Positions 52,040 through 64,000 of a stretch of DNA of 64,000 bases are shown piece after piece; within the stretch, counting starts at the first letter, position 1; every line of letters starts with the position of its first letter. The DNA lies in contig OX597823.1 in the NCBI GenBank assembly GCA_951406725.2, forward strand, positions 64,480,001 through 64,544,000, in the 5' to 3' direction. The position numbers were made by a program, and so were the translations under genes. The DNA is from Octopus vulgaris (taxonomy: Eukaryota). The notes below the pieces were generated by a model. It was not told where the DNA came from, searched no databases, and was given only the letters and a program-made list of their open reading frames with translations.

Positions 52040-52289
52040 TGAATATCTAAACTTATATATGTGTATATGCATCTGTGTATGCGTATGTGTGTGTGTGTAT
52101 GCATGTGAATGCATAAATAAATGATAGGTGTGTATATATAAGTGTATGTATATATGTGTATATATAAACATCTGTATTGTGCAAATAAACTGGTTATAGA
52201 ATGGAATAGTTATAGATTTAAAGTTATGAATTTACAAAATTTCAGTTAGACTATTTACCTATTTATGATTAAGCTTCATTGATAAATAG

Positions 52290-52522
52290 CTATTTCTTTA
52301 CTGCCCACAAGGGGCTAAACACAGAGAAGACAAACAAGAACAGACAAACGGATTAAGTGGATTATATTGACCCCAGTGCATAACTGGTACTTATTTAATC
52401 GACCCCGAAAGGATGAAAGGCAAAGTCGACCTTGGCGGAATTTGAACTCAGAACGTAGTGGCAGACGAAATACTGCAAAGCATTTCGTCCGGCATGCTAA
52501 CGTTTCTGCCAGCTCACCACCA
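52290..52522 (-). mobile_element. SINE family A with ~15-bp TSD
   Basis: TTCATTGATAAATAG (52275-52289) versus TTCATTCATAAATAG (52523-52537). Confidence 0.88.
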
Positions 52523-52811
52523 TTCATTCATAAATAGTGTCTTTGTTTAGAAATAATAAATATTTTCATTTGATATTTTTCATCAAATAGTTAAGAAGTT
52601 ATAGTGATCTGATGAAGCATCCTTGCATGTTTAAATGGATTTGATTATTCTCGAAAAACTTGGTTTTATTAATGAAGCGGAAACAGCTGTAATTTATGGG
52701 ATGTGTCATTTGTTTGTATAAAATATCTTAATTGAATTGAATTTATAATTGTTCAATTTATTGTTTTGTTTTTCCATTTCTGATTTATATTTATATGTAA
52801 ACATTTATTAC

Positions 52812-52854
<43 letters not shown>

Positions 52855-52937
52855 AAAAGAGAGAGAGATGACAATAATGATTGGTAAAGTCTTCTTCCAA
52901 TGCAAAAAAAATCTATTGTTTAATACATATATATATG

Positions 52938-52991
<54 letters not shown>

Positions 52992-53519
52992 ACGGGAAGG
53001 TTTACGAAAATAAACAAAAGATGAAGGCAGGTGGAGTACAAACAAACAAATGTATTAGTATGGCACTCAGGAATAGAAATAGAACAAGTCTTTTACATTT
53101 CAAGCCTACACTCTTCGACAGAAAGATACACAGAAAAAAAACAAGGAGAGAAAAAAATGCGTGTAGGAGCTAATGATCTAACATGTATATATATATATAT
53201 ATATACATATATATACACATTGAGAGAGAGAGAGGGAGAGGAAGAGAGAGATTACAGTAATAACGAAGGAAATCTTCTTCCAATGCAAAATAATTTATTA
53301 TTAAATAATTGCTTATAATTTGGTTAAAAGACTCATCAACAGAAGAAAATAGCTGGTGACAAATCATTGGCTTATCATTTGTTGGTGTAGTAACAAAATT
53401 AGCAACACTAGTGTTAGCAATCGTAGTGGTAGTAAACATAGCTGTAGTATATAATAGCTATGTATATATTGTATGTACATGTATATACACACACACATGC
53501 ACACACACACACACACACA

Positions 53520-54260
53520 ATACTTGCTGCCTTGATCAAATTATTTGTTTCTGTGATGTTGTTTGTTCTGATGTGTTTCAGAATTCCATTGACATTTTCT
53601 GCTTCTTGAATCAGTTTCCATCGATCAACCTTTCTAAGGTTGCAAATAATGTCACTATCGTTCCCCTGTAGTCATTCCTTTATTCTGTTGTAGATTGCCT
53701 TTTTGTTCATCTGTCATGTCGCCATTAGTTTTATTGTCTTCTTTTAGATCATCTATATGTCTCTCAGCAAGTAAACTAACACTGCTCCTTTCCTGTGCTA
53801 TGGGATTACTCTTATTAGTAAGAACTATACTGTCATTGTTATCTCTGCTGCTATTTTCCAAGACCCGTCTTTTTATAGCTTCGAGTTCTACTTCTGTGAA
53901 CCAACGATTTTTTTCTTGTCACTCTAGCTTGATCACGTAGTCTCTGTTCTGTGAGTTGAAACAATCCCTCTTCCCTCCAGTGATCATAGATACGATGTTG
54001 CTAACCCCTAATTTGAGCAACATTTTCATCTACCGGGTTTCTCAGGCAGTAACACTCCATGACCACAGCATTAATTTACTTGCTCCATCTACGCCATGTG
54101 TGGGTGGTCCCTTTCTGGATATTGACAGGCTGGAGCTGGACCAGAATCTCTGAGCCTGCCGGATGCAACACTGTCACTATCAATGGCTTCAGTTTCATTG
54201 CCACTGTTATTCACAATGTTTCGTTTTTTCATTGTCACTCATATGAGGTAGTGATTATCA
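53520..54260 (-). mobile_element. R4/Dong-type LINE 5' coding fragment
   Basis: Minus strand RRWSK*INAVVMECY...HWREEGLFQLTEQRLRDQARV...WFTEVELEAIK, an N-terminal motif I recall from R4/Dong ORFs. Confidence 0.72.
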
Positions 54261-54650
54261 GGTTGCACAATTACCAGTGTCTTTATTGTGACACCATCAC
54301 TAGATGTATCATTAATCAGGACATGGGGAGGCTCTACCTGCTTCCTTTCATTCTTCTTCTTATTATTATTATTATCATCACTGATATTGTTTTTATTTTT
54401 TTTACTATTTGTCAATGTTATATTAACAGACTCAGGTATGCTTATGAACCAATGCATGCAAAAAAACATCATATATTGATGCACAATCAACACACCACAA
54501 CATAAATATGCATACAAAGGAGCTTTGAAAACCCATTCAAATAATTCAAACCTAGACCACAATGCACCACCTGGTCTAGGAATTGATATCACGATCTAGT
54601 GATCGGGTGTGCAATGCCCTAACTACTAGGCCATGCATACACATGCACGC

Positions 54651-54688
<38 letters not shown>

Positions 54689-55066
54689 TTTAGAGTTAAA
54701 TGGTAAATTGCAGACAAATGGGATTTTAAAAGAATGGGGTTCTCTACACCAAAATTCGTTAATTTGGCAAATTCTTTGATTCTGCACACAAAGGGTTTGA
54801 TTAGATAAGCATTTCTTCCTTGTAATGTTTTATCTTAATAATCATGAATTAGAAAACGAAAAATCTACACAAGTTACATATGTGTGTTTGTGTGTGTATT
54901 TCTGTATGTGTAAGTATCACACCACCCTGTTTTTTACTCATTATCTTTATCTAGACACATACACCCCACACACACACATGCACACATACACTCACACACA
55001 GACACATACACATAAACACACACAAACATATATACATACACTCACACACACACACACACACATATA

Positions 55067-55387
<321 letters not shown>

Positions 55388-56059
55388 TGAGAGAGTGACA
55401 GATAGACAGATAGATAGATATCTTCTAGCTTTTACTTATTTCAATCCTTTCAAGCCATGTTGGGGGAACTGTCTTTAAAGGGATTTGGTCAAGTTAATTG
55501 ATCCCAAAACTTCTTTTTTGTGCATAAATGTTGTGTTGAAAACATGTTTTAACACAAACACATGCACATGCACACACACACACACACACACAAATGCATG
55601 TGTACACACATACACACATACACACATACACACACACATATGCACACCTGTATGTACATCTATTTCAAATAATGGTCTTCATAATTGGTTTTAAAAAGTT
55701 GGATATCTGTACATATCTAGGCTGTGTTTTTTAATTTTTTTTTTTGTTTGTGAAAGACTTGTGGTTTCTCATGCATATATTAAAACTAACTTTTATAAAT
55801 ATTCAGTTCATGTTTATAAGCTTTATGTAATGTAACCAAATTTTTGAAATATATAACTTAATCTATAGAGTAATCTTTGGAAATGTTTAAATTTCAAGTC
55901 TTTTAAATATGTATTGCACCTCACACATCTAAAATGTTTAGTCTAACCTTACCTATCTTTCACTGGTTGTTTGATCTAGCTTGATTATATCTGGAGACAT
56001 AATTTAAAATGAACAGAAGATTTCACAGATAATGTCAACCGTTCGACTTTTTCAGTTAT

Positions 56060-56645
56060 ATAAGGGTGGCTTGAAAAGTTCGTGGGTTGGCTATGAAAGA
56101 GTGATGTTAGAGCTGTGAAATTTTACATGCATTAAATTCAACTCTCATTATCTATAGCTGTATTGTTTTGTTCCAGATAAATTGACATCTTACTGTTCAA
56201 AGAAGACTTCAAATGTTGCTAGTTGTGGCTTCTCTTGAAAAACGACAAAATTTGGCATTGTGATGTTATTAAGTACCGGCAGAAAAGAGGTTTAACCCCA
56301 GGGACATGCATGCTGGCATGATTGCTGCATTAGGGGATGACACTCCAGCGCAAAGGTGGGCTGCTGAACTTAAGAGGGGAAGAGTCTTGAAGACGAGCCA
56401 AGGTCTGGACATTCTGTAACTGCCACCACCAAGGAAAACATTGGTTGTGTTCACCACATAATGATGGGTTATAGGCAATTGACTATAAGCCAAATAGCCA
56501 ATGCTGTCCTGTAAGAGAATATTCTGTACAATGAACTTGGCATGATGAAAGTTACTGCTCAGTGGGTGCCATGTCTTCTGACACCTGATCAAAAGCACAC
56601 CAGGCTGATCACATCATGAAAAAATTTGATATTGTTTCAAGCAGA
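56060..56645 (+). mobile_element. Mariner transposase 5' half, decayed
   Basis: TIR-like AAGGGTGGCTTGAAAAGTTC, then RWAAELKRG..LEDEPRSG...ILYNELGMMKVTAQWVPCLLTPDQK (WVPHEL-type motif). Confidence 0.88.
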
Positions 56646-57048
56646 TGCTTTAGTTTTTGCTAGGTTAACTCTAAGACCCTTCGATTTTAGACATTGCTTC
56701 CATACCTGAAACTTCTCTATTTCTGGTAGTGACTCAGCTGAATACATTTATATATATATATATATATATTTGTACATATATCTATATATACCAAATGAAA
56801 AGAAGAAGACAAGGAATATTGTTTAACACAGCTTTAATAATTTGTTACAATTGTTAGTGTATCAACGCTGTTTGCAACACCAAAGAAATAATGCACAATG
56901 TGACGACTGCACACCTTTGATTCAAGTCTGATGAAGTGCTCTTTAATGTCTAAAACCACAAACATTATGAAAATTTTCATTTGAAATTTTGCATAAACTG
57001 GCAAAATTTGTAACAATTGTAACAAATCATTAAAGATGTGTTAAAGAA

Positions 57049-57218
57049 TCTTCTTCTTCTTCTTCTTCTTCTTCTTCTTCTTCTTCTTCTTCTTCTTCTT
57101 CTTCTTCTTCTTCTTCTTCTTCTTCTTCTTCTTCTTCTTCTTCTTCTTCTTCTTCTTCTTCTTCTTCTTCTTCTTCTCCTCCTCCTCCTCCTCCTCTTCC
57201 TCCTCTTCCTCCTCCTCA
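57049..57218. repeat. (CTT)n then (CCT)n microsatellite
   Basis: Directly visible. Confidence 0.97.
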
Positions 57219-58975
57219 TTTGGATTATTTACTCTTTACCAAGCCCACTTTACGGTGTAATCATCTTGAAACTTGGATTTTCTACACTTGAGGAAATCCA
57301 GCTTTGGTCTGAAACCCAACAGTGTTGATAGCCCAGTATTTGAGTCAAGTGCTTCTCTGGAAATACTCTAACTGTACACCCTACCTGGCCTTCTATCTAT
57401 CTATCTGTCTATCTGTCTGTCTTTCCTGTCTGTCTGTCTGTCTTTCTATCTATCTATACACATGCATCTATACCATACACACATATATATATACATTCAC
57501 ACACACACACACTCACTCACTCATATGCACGTGCATGCACACACACACACACACTCACACTCACACACACACACGGATTTGTCCATTTGCCTGCTCACTC
57601 ACTCACAACAATTTTCACAATGTTCATATGCCATATTTATTCACAACACATTGACAGAATGAGAGGGCTGTGGGAAGCAACTGGCTTTAGGTACTGCAAA
57701 GTAAGACTGAACCGAGAACCATGTAGTTTCAAAAGGCAAACTTCTTAAACCACACAGCCCATACTTGTGTACTCATATCACTACATTTATGCATGTACCG
57801 TATACTTGTATCATGCATGCATATGCACATCCATCACTCACACAGATGCACACGCATAAACACACATGCATACATACACATACATAGCATATCTATAAGC
57901 AGTATATGATTTATATCATTTTTAATGATTGTACATCAAGTGCATTTTATAAGGTATTTCGTTATGGTTATTTGTAAAATTTTAATGATCCCATGTTGTC
58001 GGTTTAAATAAATTAAGTATGTGTTTAACTATGTTTACAGCCTGTTTATTTTTCCAACAGGCTTCAAGTTTCTTTATTTCTTTTGAACATTTTGAACATT
58101 TTCAAACTTTGAGTTTTCTAATAGATTTCATACTATCTCCATGGCGTGATCACCTGGGGAGTAAAAATTCCATTGTTGATAGTAAACAGCTTCCCTTTAC
58201 ACATGTCGATATCTTGATAGCTATTCTTAATAATGAAATGAAATGTGGCATGGTGTAATTAATAACGGTAAAAGGAGAATAATTCTGTACTTAAATGCAC
58301 TCACAAGAGTTGCATTATAAATATAATCCCATTTTTAGATATAAATCATTAGAAAATAATGATGGAAAATCAACATGATCCATATTGCCAAAAGTACAAT
58401 GATGAATATGTATTTTGTTGAAGCAAGTGCTCTGATATAGCTAATTCAGAATGAAGAGAATTTAGATCTGGCAATAAATAGTGCAACTGGAAAAATTTAT
58501 CTCACAAATAATCAACAATACATGAAGGAACTTGTGTGTGTGTGTGTGTGTATGTGTCTATATGTATGTGCACATGTGTGTATCTATATCTCACTATATA
58601 TCTGTCTGTCTGTCTATCTATCAACATATATAGATATGTGTGTGGGTGTATATATATATATAAATATGCCTATATCTGCATACACATGCACACACACACA
58701 CACACACACAGACACACACACACATTTGTATGATAATACTGAACAGTAAAAATGAGTGTTCAATACTGTGTTGGTGGATGAATATTTTTTGTTGTGGGAT
58801 ATATATATATATATATATATATATCTATATATATATATATATATATATATCTTAGATACCCTAACATAATTTTAATAATTATTACCTTTGAAGGCTAGTT
58901 TTGCATGCTGGCCACTTGATAAGATCGTTATTTTATCTTAAATTAACGATCTTATCTTTATATATATATATATAC

Positions 58976-59063
<88 letters not shown>

Positions 59064-59131
59064 TCAGATGAATTAGGTACTTAAGTTGAGGCACCAGAGT
59101 TTAGTGTGGTATTCAAAATAAGGTGATTAAA

Positions 59132-59447
59132 ATCAAAATAAGCAACAGGATATCCAGAGGTGATGCAGTACGATCATTTGAAGTGACTCCATTTAATTGA
59201 ACAATGCAACCATTACATCAATTTAAATGCAGAGCAATCCTCAGCTGGATAATTACATAAAATTAAATCAAATTAAAACAGTTGGACACATTAGTATAAT
59301 TTTACCTAAAACCTCCAAGAAGGTATGGAGATGACAAAGAACATGGTGTCTTTATATCAGCTTAGAAGCTGCATTATTCAAATAAATAGAGTTGCTTGAA
59401 ACGATCATACAGCATTACCTCTGGATATCCTGTTGCTTATCTTGATA
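59132..59447. repeat. Inverted repeat with ~78-bp arms
   Basis: ATCAAAATAAGCAACAGGATATCCAGAGG... mirrored by ...CCTCTGGATATCCTGTTGCTTATCTTGAT. Confidence 0.88.
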
Positions 59448-59778
59448 TTTATATGTATATATATATATATCTACATCATCATCATCACATACAGGCGCAT
59501 ACTCATGCACACATGCACAAAAATACAGACACACACACACACAATTCATTTTTGCATTTGGTTTGTGACAGTCTTCATGTGAATTCATGTGTTGAAACTA
59601 ATTTTGTTATGCCTTAAGAGAGTCATTATGCCATTAATAATAAACACGCAGGTTCCATTCCACTTCTTTATTGTTAGTCAATTGGTTAAATATCCAACTA
59701 ATTGATCGTTTGTTTAATGTGCTGGTTAAACAATCAATTGGCTGCTCATTAGTCAAAGTTCTTTCACTGTTGTTTGTA

Positions 59779-60257
59779 CAAGTGTCACAAGAAGGAAGGT
59801 ATGCACAGGTGGACTGACTACGTCCCAGGTAGGGGCCACGGATTATGGCTTCACTAGTCTTGCCGGGTCTTCTCACGCACAGCATACTTCCATAGGTCTC
59901 GGTCTCTAGTCATTTCCATGGTGAGACCTAACGTCCGAAGGTCGTGCTTCACCACCTCGTCCCAGGTTTTCCTGGGTCTACCTCTTCCACGGGTTCCCTC
60001 AACTGCTAGGGATTGGCACTTTCTCACACACTATCTTCATCCATTCTCGCCACATGACCATACCAGCGCAATCGTTTCTCTTGCACACAACAACTGATGC
60101 TTCTTAGGTACAACATTTCTCTCAAGGTACTAACGCTCTGTCGAGTAAGTACACTGACATTACACATCCATCGGAGCATACTGGCTTCGTTCCTCACGAG
60201 CTTACGCATGTCCTCAGCAGTCACGGCCCATGTTTCACTGCCATGTAGCATAGCTGT
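59779..60257 (-). mobile_element. RTE LINE internal fragment (no tail)
   Basis: MLHGSETWAVTAEDMRKL...[13 protein letters not shown]. Closely similar to 49165-49555. Confidence 0.9.
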
Positions 60258-61482
60258 TCATATATATATATATATACACACACGCATGCACATACTCATG
60301 CAAACATGTACAAACATACAGACACACACACACAATTCATTTTTGTAAGATTCTTCATGTGAATTCATGTGTTGAAACTAATTTTGTTATGCCTTAAGAG
60401 AGTCATTATGCCATTAATAATAAACATGCAGGTTCCATTCCACTTCTTTATTGTTAGTCAATTGGTTAAATATCCAACTAATTGATCATTTGTTTAATGT
60501 GCTGGTTAAACAATCAATTGGCTGCTCGTTAGTCAAAGTTCTTTCACTGTTGTTTGTGACCTTTTCAGTAATTTTTGTGACTTTGCTTCTTCTGTCTCTA
60601 AGGTCTGCTCTGTGTTTGACCGAGAATTAGTCTTGTGGATGTATGTTTGTATGTATGTATGTAGATGTGTGTTTACCTAGAAAAGGAGGTAAGGATGAGA
60701 GTAAAGAAAGTGAGTGCGTGTGCACGGGCGTGTATATGTGTGTGTCTATATACCCACATCATACTGCTCGTATGTGTGTTTATGTATTTGTGGGTGTGTA
60801 TGCACTAGCCATCCGTGACCTTTTTAAGGGTTCAGTCTTTCAGTCTAGGTCAGTTTGGTTTCAAATCTGTTGAAAATTTAGAGGCATAGGGTGTAGTTCT
60901 TTATGTGGGGCAGGGGTGGAGGAGGAGAGAGCAGAGTAATAGTGTGTGTGTGCGTGCGTGTGTGTGGGAGAGCATCTGCCTGTGAGCATGTATGTGTGAC
61001 AGTGAGTGGATGTATGTGCACAGGCAAATGTTTGGTCTAGTATGCATTTTCATATGGTTGAGTCAGTCCTATGAGTCAGTGTGTTTGTTTTTTTACCTCT
61101 GTGTGTATATGTGTGTGAATGTGTGAGTGTATTCCAGAATGTGTGCGTGTGCGCATTTGTGTGTGTGTGTCATGATGGGTGTTTTAGAATAGGGAACCAA
61201 CTGCGTGTATGCTTGCATGTCTGCATTCTTGGGAGTGTGTTCCACCATATATGTATGTGTGCCTGTGTATGTATGTGTGTGAGTGTGTCAGTGCATGTCT
61301 GTGTGTGTGTGTATATGCATGTTGTGTGTATGTGGATGCATGTGCAGTTGCGTGTTCTTGTGTCCTGTGTGTGTATGTGTGCGCGCACATGTGTGTTCAT
61401 CTGTGTGCACGCATGGATATGTATGGTTGTGTATAGGAATTGTTCAAAGTTAAATGTATTCATTTATATGGATTCCCTAATA

Positions 61483-62049
61483 TTGGGTTGTCTGGAAAGT
61501 TCGTGCCGATTTTTAAAGGAAAGAAAAAGGTCAATAAATACTTGCTATTACATTTTTAATCAACCAAATATGAACCATTCTGTTGCACAATGCGTTTCCA
61601 TCTTTCCTTTAACTTGAAAATGCCCTCTTCCCAGAATTGAGGTGGTTTCATGGCAAAGAATTTATCAATGTTTCTTTTTACATCATCCAAGGAATTGAAA
61701 TTTTTACCATTAAGACTATTCTACAGAGACCTGAATAAGTGGAAATCCAAAGGAGCACTATCTGGTGAATACGGGGGTGGGGTAACACATCCCAGCTGAG
61801 CTGCAGCAATTTTTGTCTGGTTCCCAAAGCATCAAGTGCCGAAAATGAACTTTCTTATCTTCCATTTTTTAAAGGGTTACAGAATTAACACAGGTTATAG
61901 GAACATAAACCTTCTTCCACGAAAAGATAGCTTAAACTGTGCTCTAAATGGAGGTGTAGTCAAATCCTATTTTATGGACTCAACCATGTTCTAAAACAAG
62001 TCGAAAGGTAAGCTACTATAAATCGGCACAAACCTTCCGGACAACCCAA
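61483..62049 (-). mobile_element. Internally deleted mariner with both TIRs and TA TSD
   Basis: TA|TTGGGTTGTCTGGAAAGTTCGTGCCGATTT ... AAATCGGCACAAACCTTCCGGACAACCCAA|TA. Minus strand PYSPDSAPLDFHLFRSL (YSPDLAP motif) and KLKERWKRIVQQNGSY. Confidence 0.92.
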
Positions 62050-62499
62050 TAGTTACCTACTCATATCATCATCACCTTCCTATCCACTTCTTCCTCATCA
62101 TCATTGCCATCATCAACATTATCATAACACATTTTAAAATGTTCATTGAATTGATATTAAATGACTCTTATATTTAAATCATCTTTTGAATTTCTTTTTT
62201 CCTCATCTGTCATTGGTTAGGAAAATATACTTCTCCATCTTTTTTTATTTACCACCAATATATATATACTTCTTAAACCAGAGAGAAAGTTATCATATAA
62301 ATTGAAATCATTAACAACATAAAAAATTAATTTAATTACCGCTTATAATCACCGCAACAGCTTTTGAAATGTTATGCTGATAACAAAAATCAACTAAATA
62401 TGATTAGTTTCCTATAAATCAGAAATTAGTGACTTCAAAACCGTTAAAAAAAATTCAATAGAATAATAATAATAATGATAATGATGATGATGATGATAA

Positions 62500-62609
<110 letters not shown>

Positions 62610-63016
62610 CAACGACAGTAATAAAAATAGGAATGATATTATTATTGTCATTGTTGTCGTCATCATCACCATCATCATCATTATTATCATTACTTTTTGC
62701 ATTTTATTTCTTCCTTCAGTTCTATTTCCATTTCTTGCTGTGCATTTTCCTAATACCTTGAGCAAAGAAACTCACTGTACACATTGATAAGCCACAAAAA
62801 TAAACACACCAGATTGTTCATTTATGAAACCAAATAAAGTTATTTAAAAAATATTTTTTTAATTTTCAATATCATCATCATCAACATTGGTAGTAGTACT
62901 GGTAGTAGTAGTAGTAGTAGTGGTGGTGGTGGTGGTGTTGGTGGTGGTGGTAGTGATAGTAGTAGCAGCAGCAACATAGTTTTTTAGGATTTTGTATTTT
63001 AAGTTATTGTGAACAC

Positions 63017-63616
63017 AGGCACAGGAATGGCTGTGTGGTAAGTAGCTTGCTTACCACCCACAGGTTTCCAGGTTCATTCCCACTGTATGGCACCTTGGGC
63101 AAGTGTCTTCTACTATAGCTTTGGGTTGATCAAAGCCTTGTGAGTAGATTTAGTAGATGGAAACTGAAAGAAAGCCCATTGTATATATACATCTATATGC
63201 ATGTGTGTGTGTGTGTGTATATCTTTATATATAAAAGTGAGGTTGTGTGCTGTCTGTCTCCTACGATTTAGATTCCTAACTACTCCCACATTTTACGATG
63301 CAGTTTAACCAAAACCGGGTATCTTATAGTCATGATTCATATCGAGCCCTTCTGAGTATTAGCGCGCGTCTACGATGAGTCTATGATTTAAAAAAAAATT
63401 TACCATCAATTTTTCCCATTTTTAATGCATTTTTGGCATATATAAGGGAAGTAACTCTCTAAAAATTTATTATTAAATCTCAGAATGTAAAAAGCCACAC
63501 TAACACCCCCCCTTTGTGGTTAGCCATATTGAGATGGCTATTATACTTTACATTTCTAAAAAGGCTTATATAGTTATTTCCCTTACAAACCCGAGCAACG
63601 CCGGGTGATACTGCTA

Positions 63617-63652
<36 letters not shown>

Positions 63653-63950
63653 CGAGTTTACGAAAAAAAAACAAAAGATGAAGACAGGTGGTGTACAAAA
63701 CAAACAGATGTATTAGTATAATGCCCATATATATATGTATGTGTGTGTGTGTGCTTGTGTGTCTGTTTGTCTCCCCAACATCACTTGACAACCGACACTG
63801 GTGTATTTATGTCCCTGTAACTTGGCAGTTCGACAAAAGAGAGCAATAGAATAAGTACTAGACTTACAAAGAATAAGTCCTGGGGTTGTTTGCTCGACTA
63901 AAGGTGGAGCTCCAGCATGGCTGCAGTCAAATGACTGAAACAAGTAAAAA
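63017..63950 (+). mobile_element. SINE family B split by a Helitron and a TA-embedded fragment
   Basis: Head at 63017-63185 and tail at ~63755-63950. Confidence 0.85.
63222..63617 (+). mobile_element. Non-autonomous Helitron, complete
   Basis: A|TC 5' end (TCTTTATATATAAAA), 3' hairpin ACCCG(A)GC-AAC-GCCGGGT at 63589-63606, CTAG|T terminus, no TSD. Confidence 0.85.
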
Positions 63951-64000
63951 AATAAATTTCTATAATATTTTCATGTTTTAATTACTATCACTCCTAAGAG

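Noticed and set aside
55953-55990. 38-nt minus-strand segment with good splice signals
   Set aside because: All three frames contain a stop, so it is not a coding internal exon. A non-coding exon cannot be supported from sequence alone.
58019-58258. 79-aa ORF following a strong acceptor
   Set aside because: Phase is incompatible with the 32189 exon (early stop), composition is AT-rich non-coding-like and no homology was recognised.

Overview
AT-rich, repeat-saturated metazoan genomic DNA. By inference from the SINE/LINE/microsatellite repertoire it is most likely coleoid cephalopod (Octopus-like). It is almost entirely non-coding, probably intronic. Contents: (1) a ~1.9-kb array of a 27-bp minisatellite at the left edge; (2) many decayed retroelements, namely RTE LINEs (one with a largely open RT segment, one with tandem C2H2 fingers), R4/Dong-type RLE LINEs next to (TAA)n, several tRNA-derived SINE families (some with clear target-site duplications, TSDs) and TA-embedded Penelope-like fragments with degenerate hammerhead-like motifs; (3) DNA transposon derivatives, namely mariner relics and a MITE, TTAA piggyBac-type MITEs, non-autonomous Helitron/Helentron elements and foldback palindromes; (4) very abundant microsatellites, which generate most ORFs in the supplied track. 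The only credible host-gene signal is one 55-nt plus-strand internal exon at 32189-32243 (EIAITNHSLGKVVTQWTN). I found no intact multi-gene system. The most interesting observations are repeat-biology patterns. All calls were made by eye, and boundaries of decayed elements are approximate.
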